Shown piece after piece: positions 35,796 through 45,025 of a DNA stretch of 64,000 nucleotides. How positions within the stretch are numbered: position 1 is the first letter of the stretch; every line of letters starts with the position of its first letter. The position numbers were made by a program, and so were the translations under genes. The notes below the pieces were generated by a model. The model was not told the DNA's origin, made no database searches, and saw only the letters and a list, made by a program, of their open reading frames with translations. Source of the DNA: a bacterium (GTDB lineage: Bacteria; Zhuqueibacterota; Zhuqueibacteria; Zhuqueibacterales; Zhuqueibacteraceae); NCBI GenBank assembly GCA_037444905.1, contig JBBILN010000031.1, positions 1 through 64,000 on the forward strand, in the 5' to 3' direction.

Positions 35796-37277
35796 ATGAT
35801 CACCAAACTCAATCTCAAAGCATTGCGGCAGCGTTCAACGCCAATTCCACCCGCGGGCCGCGAAAGAGATTTTGACCCGATGCGCAAGCGGATCATCGCG
35901 TTGCAAGAGGGCGCACCGCGCAAGGGCGCGAAGTATGTTTTGTATTGGATGCAAATCCACCGCCGCGCGTATCAGAATCAGGCGCTGAATTTCGCCCTTG
36001 AACAAGCCAATGCTCTGGGGCTACCACTTGTCGTTTATGAAGGCCTGCGCCCCGACTACGATCAAGCCAACGATCGCATGCATCAATTCATCATTGCAGG
36101 CGCGTTGGACAACCGCCGCGACTTCGCGAAGCGCGGCATTCGCTATTGTTTCTATCTTATGCCGGACGCGAGAACCGGCAACCGCCGCGCAGTCGCGCAG
36201 CTCGCGCAAGAAGCGGCGCTGCTCGTCACGGATGATTTTCCGACCTTCGTCATTCCGCAACACAATCGCGCCATTGTCAAGCAAGTCGAAGGTCCCGTGT
36301 ACGCCGTGGATGCCAACGGCGTCGTGCCCATGCGCGAATTGGATCATGAAGAATATGCCGCGCGCACGATTCGTCCGCGCATACATCGCTTGCTGCCCGC
36401 ATACTTCTGGCCGATTGCGGAAGTCACGCCGAAAATAAAAAGCGGCGAGCTGCCCTTGAATCTGCGGGAAGAAACGCGACTCGACGGCGTTGATTTGCAA
36501 ACCTTGCTCGCCGCAACGAACATCGATCACAACGTCGCGCCCTCGCGCTGTTTCCACGGCGGACGCAAAGCGGCATTCGCGCGGCTGAAAACCTTTCTCG
36601 CGGAGCGATTGCAAAACTATGCGGCGGGTCGCAACCTCGCGGGGGAGCATTGGACGAGCGAGCTTTCGCCCTATTTGCACTTTGGCCACATCAGTGCGAT
36701 GGAAGTGGCGTGGGAAGTATTGCACGCCGAGGCGCCCGCAGAATGTATCGACGCATTTCTCGAAGAGCATATTGTGCGGCGTGAATTGTCATATAACTTT
36801 TGCCACTTCAATAAGAAACACGCAAGCCTTGAGGCGCTGCCCGCGTGGGCAAGACAGACTCTCTTCGCGCATGAAAAAGATCAACGCGCTCATCTCTACA
36901 CTTCCGAAGAGTTCGAACAGGCCGCGACGCACGACGAGCTTTGGAATCTCACGCAACGCGAGCTTTTGGCAACGGGGAAAATTCACGGTTACATGCGCAT
37001 GCTTTGGGGCAAGAAGATCATCGAGTGGAGCGCTTCCCCGCAAGAAGCAATGATGACGATGATTCGTCTGCATCACCGTTATGCGTTGGACGGCCGCAAT
37101 CCCAACACCTACACGGGCATTCTGTGGTGCTTCGGCAAGCACGACCGCGCGTGGGGCCCGCAGCGCCCGATTTATGGCTTGGTGAGATACATGGCTTCGG
37201 AGAACACGAAACGCAAAATAAATTTTGGGGCGTATAAAGAATGGGTGGAGGAATGTGAGAGGAACGAACGGGCATAA
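35796..37277 (+). CDS. phr: Deoxyribodipyrimidine photolyase, class II CPD photolyase
   Basis: Class II hallmarks: 'KYVLYWMQ', 'ELSPYLHFGHIS', 'GKIHGYMRMLWGKKI', 'NPNTYTGILWCFGKHDRAWG'. Confidence 0.85.
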   Translation: MITKLNLKALRQRSTPIPPAGRERDFDPMRKRIIALQEGAPRKGAKYVLYWMQIHRRAYQNQALNFALEQANALGLPLVVYEGLRPDYDQANDRMHQFIIAGALDNRRDFAKRGIRYCFYLMPDARTGNRRAVAQLAQEAALLVTDDFPTFVIPQHNRAIVKQVEGPVYAVDANGVVPMRELDHEEYAARTIRPRIHRLLPAYFWPIAEVTPKIKSGELPLNLREETRLDGVDLQTLLAATNIDHNVAPSRCFHGGRKAAFARLKTFLAERLQNYAAGRNLAGEHWTSELSPYLHFGHISAMEVAWEVLHAEAPAECIDAFLEEHIVRRELSYNFCHFNKKHASLEALPAWARQTLFAHEKDQRAHLYTSEEFEQAATHDELWNLTQRELLATGKIHGYMRMLWGKKIIEWSASPQEAMMTMIRLHHRYALDGRNPNTYTGILWCFGKHDRAWGPQRPIYGLVRYMASENTKRKINFGAYKEWVEECERNERA

Positions 37278-37285
37278 GCAGTTTT

Positions 37286-37306
37286 ACTAAACTTTTCAAG
37301 TTTGGT
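37286..37306. promoter_or_regulatory. Palindrome ACTAAACTT-TTC-AAGTTTGGT between the convergent phr and GHMP-kinase genes
   Basis: Read directly. It is the same family as the element at 35752, and here could act as a bidirectional terminator hairpin or a protein-binding site. Confidence 0.4.
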
Positions 37307-37313
37307 AGAACTT

Positions 37314-38405
37314 TTAATCAACCCGCACGCCCTCCTCAATTGAAATCACATACGGCGCGCCGCCTACGGCGTGAATTGCTTCGGCTACGGCCTCGGCGTG
37401 TTGCGGCGCGTATGCGAACATGCAACCGCCGCCGCCCGAGCCGTTGATCTTCCCCCCCAATGCTCCCGCCTGCATCGCACTCTCCAGCATGCGCTCGATT
37501 TTCGGCGTCGAAACTTTTTTGTAGTCGCGCAATTGCTCGTGATGTTGATTCAGCAATTCGCCAAAGCGGTTGTGATCGAGCGTCTCGTGCTGTAAAACGA
37601 TGCGCGCTTCGCGCAGCAGATCGCGGTCGATCAAATTCGCGCGCAGCACTTCGGCGTGGCGAAATGGTAGTTTTCGCAAAGCGCCATGCGCTTCCTCGAG
37701 TGAAGTCTGGCGCAAATCAAATTGCGGCTGCATCTCGCGCATCAGCATAACGGCTTCTTGCGCCACATCCCGCACGTTGCGCAAAATACTCTTCGTATCC
37801 TTCGGCTCGCGCGAATCGCCGAGCACAAACGCGCCGAGCCGAGGCTTGAGGGTTTGCACTTCATGGTTGGAAAAATCAAGATAGATCACGTTGCCGTAGC
37901 ACGTGGAGAAGTGGTCCATCATGCCGCCCGGCTCGTTGAACTCGCGCACCTCGGCTTGATAGGCAAGGCGGGAAATCACTTCACGATCGTTTTGTTGCGG
38001 ATCATTCGCAGCCATGAGCAAAAACTTGATCCACGCCACCATCAGCGCCGAAGAACTCGACGTGCCGGAATTGATCGGCACCTTGCCGCGCACTTCGCAA
38101 TTCCAGCCGTGTTGCGGGCGAAAGCCGCGCTCCCACACAACGTTGAAGCCGCTGCGAAAATAATCGCGTTCGAGTTGATACGCAAGGCGTTCATTTGGAA
38201 TAAAGTCGAGATGCCTGCGGATATCGGGCAACTCGATATGAAAACGCAAATCCTCGCGCGGCGCGCCGGTGATGCGCATGCGCAAACTGATGGCCGCGGC
38301 AATCACAGGCAAGCCAAGGTAATCTTGATGCTCGCCGAAGAGGCAAATGCGGCCAGGCGTGGAGACGGTGAGTTTGTGGGGCATGCCATGCTCTTGTTGT
38401 GACAT
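37314..38405 (-). CDS. GHMP-family sugar kinase (galactokinase-like)
   Basis: Motif I 'GRICLFGEHQDYLGLPV', the GHMP ATP-binding motif 'PINSGTSSSSAL', and C-terminal 'GGKINGSGGGGCMFA'. Confidence 0.8.
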   Translation of the reverse strand: MSQQEHGMPHKLTVSTPGRICLFGEHQDYLGLPVIAAAISLRMRITGAPREDLRFHIELPDIRRHLDFIPNERLAYQLERDYFRSGFNVVWERGFRPQHGWNCEVRGKVPINSGTSSSSALMVAWIKFLLMAANDPQQNDREVISRLAYQAEVREFNEPGGMMDHFSTCYGNVIYLDFSNHEVQTLKPRLGAFVLGDSREPKDTKSILRNVRDVAQEAVMLMREMQPQFDLRQTSLEEAHGALRKLPFRHAEVLRANLIDRDLLREARIVLQHETLDHNRFGELLNQHHEQLRDYKKVSTPKIERMLESAMQAGALGGKINGSGGGGCMFAYAPQHAEAVAEAIHAVGGAPYVISIEEGVRVD

Positions 38406-38522
38406 CCAGAGATTGTCATTCGGGAGAAATCTTTTTACTCGCCGGAGAGACTACCCAGTGCTTAAAAAGATTCCATCTGAATGACACCGCGAGCGCGGCT
38501 CTTCATGTTTCTCTCGATCAAC

Positions 38523-41045
38523 TCAATTCGACCAAATCAATCCCACGCTCACTCTCCTCCCCACCTCATACGCGGTCGGATCCTCGAGTACGCCGCCAAT
38601 GCGGCCTTGTTGATCGCGCCACAAAAGATTTTGGCTATCCAGCAAATTCCGCCCCTCGAGCTGCAGCGACAATTGCATGCCGCCGAATGAAAAATTCTTG
38701 CGCGCTTTTACGTCAAAATAGTTGGTCCAATTCAGACGGCGGTTATTCGGCGAAATCAATTTGCCCGCGTTGTTCGCGCGGTTTTCATCCAGCGTATACG
38801 GCTTCGGGCTATTGATGCGCCATACCGCGTTCACGCTCCAACTCTTCTCGTGTTGATAATCGACATGCGCGATGATGGTGTGGCGTTGATCCCAACTCAA
38901 AAAATGCTCGCCCTCTTCCACAATGCCGCCGTATTGCAGCACGTTTTCTTTATCTCCAATCGCGAAGCTTGAGCCTTTGGCTTGCATGAGCGTGTAGCTG
39001 ATTTGTCCGCGCCAATTGCGGCCTTGCTGCTTGCGCACAAATAGCTCCAAACCGTTCGCCGTGCCGTACGCCAAATTGACGAAGCGCGTGTACACGCCGC
39101 TCGATTGCAAGCCCGTGTCTTCGAGTGGAATCGGATAGAACTGCACGTCGATGAGATTCTTGATGTCTTTGTTGAAGCCCGTGAGGCTGAACAGCCAATC
39201 TTCGCCAATGCTCTTTTCATAACCCACTTCCAACGCAGTCGTTTTTTCCGGCGCGAGATCGGGATTGCCCACGAGCGGATTGTATGCGGTGAAATCATAT
39301 TCCAAATTTGTGTAGAGATATTCGAACAGCGGCGCTTGAAAAAAGTGGCCGTAGTGCAAATGCAGCTTGTCGTTCTTCCCCACCGGGAACGCAACACCGA
39401 AGCGCGGACTGAGCTGCGTTTTGCTCGCCACCGGTGTTTTCTTCGTGAACACTTGAATCTCGTTGCTGTTGCCTTTGGTGATCGCTTCGATCGCAGGCCG
39501 CTCGCCCGCCGGGTCGAGATAATCGAAACGCATGCCGAAGTTCAACGAGAAGCGTTTGAGATCGTACTTGTCTTGCACGTAGGCCGCGCCCATTTTCGGA
39601 AAGTAACGATAACTCGTGTTATAAACGTTGAAACGAAATTCCGGCGGCAATTCGGGATGAAAGTCGGGCGGGAAGGGATCGATTTGCACGTTGTCCATGA
39701 ACAAGTCGTAGTACGTGAAATCCACGCCCGCTTTGAGCTGATGATTGTGCTGCCATTGGCTCACGATGTCGATGCGCGCGTTTGAAATGATCTCCTGTGA
39801 ATCCTGCCACCAGGCTTTGTCTCCTCCTAAAATAAAAAGGCCCTCGTCGTCGAATTGCACATTCAAATCATATTGACTCTGCGGCCGGCCGAGCACGGAT
39901 TTGAGAATGCTATAATAACTCAGCTTCGTCGTATAAAAAGTTTTCGTGCTAAGCGTGTGCGTCCACGTTGTGTTCAGGCGAAAGCTGTCTTTCGCGCGCG
40001 GCGGCAAGCCTTGCAGGTTTTGATACCAACGATGTTCGTACGCGCGCCAATCCGAAAGCGAGAGCAGGCCTTGCAGCACGAGCTTTTGTGTGGGATTGAA
40101 ATTGATCGAAAGCTTGGCGTTGCCGTGCAAGTTCTCTTCGATGGGGCCGTCAAAAAATGTGCGAAACGGTTTGCGCCAGCGCGTGTCGCTCGCTTGATAT
40201 TGTGCGGAAACATAATAGCGCATGCCCCAAAACAACGGCCCGCTGACTGAGCTTTCGACGTTGCGCGTGCGATTGAAATCCGTGTTGTCCCACGAGCCGG
40301 GCACCTCGCCGACGATATCCGAAGAGCCTTCGAGATAATACTTCGTGCGCTCCGTGCCTTCTTGCGTAATGATGTTCACGACGCCCGACATCGCGTTGCC
40401 GTATTCGGCATTGAAGCCGCCGGTTTGAATGGCCATGTCTTGAATCGAAACGTTGGGCACGTTGATGCCGCGACCGCCGGAGATCGCTTCCTGCACCGGA
40501 ATGCCATCGACGAGATAAAGCACCTCGGTCACGCGGCCGCCGCGAATGTGGCCTTCCACCACGCCGGGCTGCAAGTTCACGACTTCATCTACCGTCGCGA
40601 TGGGCAACGATTTAATTACCTCGCCGCGCACTTCGTGCTGCGAGCCGGTGATGTCCATTTGAATCGCCTCGCGCTCGGCCCTCACCACGATCTCTTTTTC
40701 CAATGTGAGGGTAGTGGGCGTGAGCACAAAATCGATAATCGTGCGTGCGTCCGCGCGAATGACGATGTTCGTGCGCGTAAACTTTACGTAGCCGATCATC
40801 TCCGCAGTTACGGTGTAAATGCCCGGCGGAAGGTTGTTGACAATAAACTGGCCTTTGTTGTTCGCCGCGGCGCCGGCCTTCGTGCCCTTGACAAGTATGC
40901 TCGCACCGGGCAACGGCCTTTTGGTTTCGGCGTCAGTGATCACGCCGGTCAATGTTCCCGTGACGCCGGCAAATGCAGGCGTGGCTTGCCAGAGGCATGT
41001 TGTGAAAACAAACGCGCACAAAAGCCCAACAAGGCGACGATTCAT
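38523..41045 (-). CDS. TonB-dependent receptor (CarbopepD_reg domain plus plug plus barrel)
   Basis: Signal peptide, then 'GVITDAETKRPLPGASILV', plug 'DITGSQHEVRGEVIKSLP...LQPGVV', and a beta-barrel terminus 'VSVGLIWSN'. Confidence 0.85.
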   Translation of the reverse strand: MNRRLVGLLCAFVFTTCLWQATPAFAGVTGTLTGVITDAETKRPLPGASILVKGTKAGAAANNKGQFIVNNLPPGIYTVTAEMIGYVKFTRTNIVIRADARTIIDFVLTPTTLTLEKEIVVRAEREAIQMDITGSQHEVRGEVIKSLPIATVDEVVNLQPGVVEGHIRGGRVTEVLYLVDGIPVQEAISGGRGINVPNVSIQDMAIQTGGFNAEYGNAMSGVVNIITQEGTERTKYYLEGSSDIVGEVPGSWDNTDFNRTRNVESSVSGPLFWGMRYYVSAQYQASDTRWRKPFRTFFDGPIEENLHGNAKLSINFNPTQKLVLQGLLSLSDWRAYEHRWYQNLQGLPPRAKDSFRLNTTWTHTLSTKTFYTTKLSYYSILKSVLGRPQSQYDLNVQFDDEGLFILGGDKAWWQDSQEIISNARIDIVSQWQHNHQLKAGVDFTYYDLFMDNVQIDPFPPDFHPELPPEFRFNVYNTSYRYFPKMGAAYVQDKYDLKRFSLNFGMRFDYLDPAGERPAIEAITKGNSNEIQVFTKKTPVASKTQLSPRFGVAFPVGKNDKLHLHYGHFFQAPLFEYLYTNLEYDFTAYNPLVGNPDLAPEKTTALEVGYEKSIGEDWLFSLTGFNKDIKNLIDVQFYPIPLEDTGLQSSGVYTRFVNLAYGTANGLELFVRKQQGRNWRGQISYTLMQAKGSSFAIGDKENVLQYGGIVEEGEHFLSWDQRHTIIAHVDYQHEKSWSVNAVWRINSPKPYTLDENRANNAGKLISPNNRRLNWTNYFDVKARKNFSFGGMQLSLQLEGRNLLDSQNLLWRDQQGRIGGVLEDPTAYEVGRRVSVGLIWSN

Positions 41046-42139
41046 AAGTGATCCTCAAAAGGAATGGCGAATTTATAAATTCGGCGAGTGGCCCCATGAA
41101 CGGCCCACATAAATTCGCCGTCCCACGCGATTTGTTCTATGAAAGCACTCGGCACCGCATAGCGGTTTCGAATGCTGAGATCCGCACGCAATTGCAGCAA
41201 CTCAGTTGTCGTCGACATCCACATGTACCGCCCATCCCACGCCAAGCCAATGGGGCTGGAACGCGGGCTGCCCAAAATAGCGCGGGGAGAGAAATCCGGC
41301 AAGTTTACTTTTGGAAAAGTTGCGCGTTTGCGTTCACAAAGCCAGAGCGTCTGGCCGTCCCATTCCAAATCGCTCACCAACGAAAGTGCGCCTTTGCCAA
41401 AACTGCCGTTCAGCATAAGTGTTTCGATCGGAGCAAGCGTCAGTGCGTCGATCTTAAAAAAATGCGGTTCAGTCAACGGCCTTTCATTAACATCAAACAT
41501 GCCCACGTGGCCCGAGCCGTCGCTCAAATAGTAGTACGCTCCGACGCGCGCCAGTCCATAGAGACGTTGCACGCAAGGCACAGAGATCGAGTCTGCCCAG
41601 CAGGTGTCCGCTGTAAGTGTGCCGAGGCGAGGAGAAATTTGCAGCACGTTGAGGCTCTCATCCAAACGATAGACATTTCCGCCCATCGTGTCAAACTTTG
41701 TAACAAGAAACTGATTGCCTTCCCGCCACACGCCGGAAGCATTTGCGAATGGCAACTCACCGGAGAAGGCCACTTCTAAAAGTTTGGTCATTGCGACATC
41801 CTGCACAACGTCGCGCTGTTCATATTGAAAAGTCACCAAGACATTCGTGAGCGCATGCTGCGGCGCAGAAACTTCCAAGTTGCGTGAGCCGACTTTAAGA
41901 TTGGCGAAATGGTACGTGCCGTTCGCCTCAACGGTATCGCGCAATCCGAGCGCTTTAATTTGCACCACCGCGCCTTGCACCGCGCGGCCGTTATCAACAT
42001 CGAACACGCGGCCGGTGAGCGTGAAGAGCGGCTCGCCTGCGCCGGTTATTTCCTTCTCTTGTTTTTTGAAGCAGTTTAGATTGATGCTCGCAAGTATCAT
42101 TGCAGCGGCCAAGAGTGCGGCGAAACTTCGGGGGCGCAT
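41042..42139 (-). CDS. Lipoprotein with a carboxypeptidase-regulatory-like domain and a predicted beta-propeller, co-transcribed with the TonB-dependent receptor
   Basis: Lipobox 'LASINLNC'; 'LTGRVFDVDNGRAVQGAVVQI'. It overlaps the downstream TonB-dependent receptor gene by 4 bp. Confidence 0.5.
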   Translation of the reverse strand: MRPRSFAALLAAAMILASINLNCFKKQEKEITGAGEPLFTLTGRVFDVDNGRAVQGAVVQIKALGLRDTVEANGTYHFANLKVGSRNLEVSAPQHALTNVLVTFQYEQRDVVQDVAMTKLLEVAFSGELPFANASGVWREGNQFLVTKFDTMGGNVYRLDESLNVLQISPRLGTLTADTCWADSISVPCVQRLYGLARVGAYYYLSDGSGHVGMFDVNERPLTEPHFFKIDALTLAPIETLMLNGSFGKGALSLVSDLEWDGQTLWLCERKRATFPKVNLPDFSPRAILGSPRSSPIGLAWDGRYMWMSTTTELLQLRADLSIRNRYAVPSAFIEQIAWDGEFMWAVHGATRRIYKFAIPFEDHL

Positions 42140-42493
42140 GCAGGTTTCCTCGGAATGGCAAAATCGAAACTTGATTCAAGCTCAAAGGATGATAAAGAAA
42201 TTTCCCTCGAATGGCAAGGCTGCAACCCCGAACGGCAAACAAGTGTGGCCGGGCGCCGCATTGCCTCTGTTTTCGGCGGAGAACGAGAGTCTGCGCTACG
42301 TTTTCGTTATGTAAAGACGCGAGCTTTTGCTTTCTTAAGTTTGCGCAGCGCTTTAGGCCAACTAGGCAAACTAGCCACCTCGGTAAACAAGCGCAGATGG
42401 CTCGCAAGAACGCGCAGCGACAAAGCAAAAAAAGAAAACCTCGTGCCGCAATGCCCTGAAAGCCGGAAGGCAATCACGGATAACTCACGCGCC

Positions 42494-42587
42494 TGTAATA
42501 CCTCAGTTACGGGTGTAGTAGCGCAGGCATCCTGCCTGCAGACAAGATGTCTGCGCTACGTTTTCCACCAATAACTGAGGCATTACA
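42494..42587. mobile_element. MITE-like 94-bp element with 16-bp terminal inverted repeats (TGTAATACCTCAGTTA / TAACTGAGGCATTACA), flanked by a 6-bp direct repeat CGCGCC
   Basis: Read directly. The interior holds two perfect small hairpins (GCAGGCA-tcc-TGCCTGC and GCAGACA-aga-TGTCTGC). A 17-bp fragment of the interior (gtctgcgctacgttttc) recurs at 42286-42303. Confidence 0.4.
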
Positions 42588-42640
42588 CGCGCCTAAAAGT
42601 TGCGCTTGACTTTTGTGTAGCTGCGAATCAATTTGCGTTC

Positions 42641-43081
42641 ATGAAAGCGCACATCAAAAAGCTGTGGAGCCAAACGCGCTTGCAGCTCTGGCCTGAAACG
42701 TATTGGCTCATGAGCCTTGCACATGGACAATTACAAGAAGCTGCGGATGCCGTTTCAGCGTCTGCGCAGCACTTCGTCGCGCTCGTGGTTGAGCGCGATG
42801 AAATTTCACTCACCCTGTGCGAACGAGTGTGGCAACAATTCGCAACGCCATTGCACAGCCGTAGCATTGCCGGGCCGTATCGCGTCATCACGCTTGCTTT
42901 GAATCTCGATCTTTCTCTCACGGGTTATTTGCTGCCCGCGGCCGCGCGGTTGGCCGAAGCCGGTATTTCTATCGTGCCGCAATGTGCTTTTTTAAAGGAT
43001 CATTTGTTGATTAAAGAAGAGGACGCAACGCGCGCGATGAGCGTTTTGCGGCGGCTCATTGCCGAAAGCCGGGTGAATTAG
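42641..43081 (+). CDS. ACT-domain-containing protein (ACT_7-like), function unknown
   Basis: 146 aa. The predicted beta-alpha-beta-beta-alpha-beta C-terminal module 'GPYRVITLALNLDLSLTGYLLPAAARLAEAGISIVPQCAFLKDHLLI' is ACT-like. Confidence 0.4.
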   Translation: MKAHIKKLWSQTRLQLWPETYWLMSLAHGQLQEAADAVSASAQHFVALVVERDEISLTLCERVWQQFATPLHSRSIAGPYRVITLALNLDLSLTGYLLPAAARLAEAGISIVPQCAFLKDHLLIKEEDATRAMSVLRRLIAESRVN

Positions 43082-43189
43082 TTTGCCATGCCTTTAGATT
43101 TGTCATTCTGTAAGAATCTTCCCTCGCGCTGGGAAGAGAGCCGAGCACGAGGGAAGTTCCTACCAGGATGACAGTTCAAGACCAAAGCT

Positions 43190-43214
43190 TTACTAAACTT
43201 GAAAAGTTTAGTAA
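43190..43214. promoter_or_regulatory. Palindrome TTACTAAACTT-GAA-AAGTTTAGTAA, 47 bp upstream of the acetyltransferase/aminotransferase gene
   Basis: Read directly; third member of the AAACTT-N3-AAGTTT palindrome family. Confidence 0.4.
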
Positions 43215-43260
43215 AGCAGCCCCGACTCTTTTGCAACCGTCTTCATTTCAAGGAAGCCTC

Positions 43261-44991
43261 ATGCCCACCAACTCTCCAACGGTTTACATTCACCCCACCG
43301 CCTCCATTTCCGAACAGGCCACGATCGGCGCAGGCACGAAGATTTGGCATTACGCGCACGTGCGTGAAGGCGCAAAGATCGGCGCGAACTGCGTGCTCGG
43401 CAAAGACGTTTACGTCGATCACTTCGTCACCATCGGCAACGGCGTCAAGATTCAGAACGGCGTTTCGGTTTATCACGGCGTCACGCTGGAAGATGAAGTC
43501 TTCGTCGGACCGAATGCCGTGTTCACAAACGATCTGTTGCCGCGCGCGCATCACACGGATTGGCGCGTGGTCGAAACCGTGGTCGAGCGCGGCGCTTCGA
43601 TTGGCGCGAACGCCACGATCGTGTGCGGCGTGCGGCTCGGCGCGCATTGCATGGTTGGCGCAGGTTCGGTTGTGATCAAAAATGTGCCGCCGCACGCGCT
43701 CGTGGTCGGCAATCCGGCGCGCACGATTGGCTACGTTTGCACCTGCGGCCATCACCTTCATCGTGACTATGCCATCGCCGATTCGAATTTGGAGCAGTTC
43801 GTGTGCGAATCGTGCAAGCGCACGTTCGAGCTGCCCGCGTTGCGCGATCAACGCGAAGAAGTGTTGCGCACCGGCGTCGACGGCATTCGCTTCGTGCATC
43901 ACAATTTTGACGAAGACACCTTGAGCGCAGTGGAGAGTGTGTTGCAATCGGGTTGGGTTGCAGGCTGCGGCGGCGCTTCCGCGCGTTTTGAAAAAGAGCT
44001 GGCAGCGCTCTCGCGCTGCGAATATGCGGTCGCGATGAACAGTTGCACCTCCGCCCTCTTCGCCGCGCTGCGCGCGTTGGAAATCGGGCCGGGCGATGAA
44101 GTCATCGTTGCGGATTTCTCGTTTCCCGCTTCGGGCATGTCGGTGATGCACGCGGGGGCCACGCCGCGTTTCGTGGATGTGAGACGCGATACCTATAATT
44201 TAGACATCGCAAAGCTCAATGCTTTGGTGAATAAAAAAACGCGCGCGGTGATGGTGGTGCATACCTTCGGGCAAATGGCGCCCGTGCGCGAGTTGTATGC
44301 GTGGTGCAAAAGCCGCGGCCTCGCGTTGATCGAAGACGCAGCGTGCTCCATCGGCGCGAACTACGAAGGCGTGGTTTCGGGCGAGAGTTCGGATATCGCA
44401 TGTTATTCTTTTCATGGCAGGAAAATAATCACCACGGGCGAGGGCGGCGCCGTGGTGACGAACAACGCGGAGCTATATCGCAAAGTGCGCGCGCTCTCCT
44501 CGCTCGGCGTGGATGCCTCGGATAAATTCAAAGCCGGCGGGCCGCTGCGCTATGGCTTTCAGCAACTCGGTTATAATTTCAGATTGAGTGACATCAATTG
44601 CGCCATCGGTTTGCAGCAGCTTCGGCATTTGCCCGCTTTGTTGGAGAGAAGAAGAGAAGCCGCGGAACGCTACGGCCAAGCGCTCGCGGAAGTGCCCGGC
44701 ATCACGTTGCCGTATGTCGATCCGAAAGCGTATCACACCTATCAAGCGTTCGTCTGCAGGGTAGAAAATGAAAAACTCCGCGATCATTTGATGGCGGAGT
44801 TGAAGAAGAAAGGCATTCACACCACAATTGGCACCTACGCGCAACATCTCGAACCGTTGTTCGCCTCGCAAGATGTCTGTCCCAACTCCAGCGAACTGCG
44901 CGCGACGACGATCACGCTCCCGTTTCATTCGTTCTTGGGCAAGGCGCAGGTGGAGTATGTGGCGGAGCAGATCAAATTGCTCCTGCATTAG
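43261..44991 (+). CDS. Fusion protein: N-terminal left-handed beta-helix sugar N-acetyltransferase (WxcM-like) plus C-terminal DegT/DnrJ/EryC1/StrS-family PLP aminotransferase
   Basis: I place the start at MPTNSPTVYIHPTASISEQATIGAG (ATG at 43261) rather than at the ORF-track start 43168. Hexapeptide repeats run through about residue 190. A Cys-rich linker (CTCGHHLH...CESCKRTF) follows. Then comes a DegT-type fold 'NSCTSALFAALRAL...DFSFPASG' with 'FHGRKIITTGEGG' (Schiff-base Lys region). Confidence 0.8.
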   Translation: MPTNSPTVYIHPTASISEQATIGAGTKIWHYAHVREGAKIGANCVLGKDVYVDHFVTIGNGVKIQNGVSVYHGVTLEDEVFVGPNAVFTNDLLPRAHHTDWRVVETVVERGASIGANATIVCGVRLGAHCMVGAGSVVIKNVPPHALVVGNPARTIGYVCTCGHHLHRDYAIADSNLEQFVCESCKRTFELPALRDQREEVLRTGVDGIRFVHHNFDEDTLSAVESVLQSGWVAGCGGASARFEKELAALSRCEYAVAMNSCTSALFAALRALEIGPGDEVIVADFSFPASGMSVMHAGATPRFVDVRRDTYNLDIAKLNALVNKKTRAVMVVHTFGQMAPVRELYAWCKSRGLALIEDAACSIGANYEGVVSGESSDIACYSFHGRKIITTGEGGAVVTNNAELYRKVRALSSLGVDASDKFKAGGPLRYGFQQLGYNFRLSDINCAIGLQQLRHLPALLERRREAAERYGQALAEVPGITLPYVDPKAYHTYQAFVCRVENEKLRDHLMAELKKKGIHTTIGTYAQHLEPLFASQDVCPNSSELRATTITLPFHSFLGKAQVEYVAEQIKLLLH

Positions 44992-45025
44992 CGATCCGAA
45001 CTCTTTCATCTAAACAGAAAAAGGA

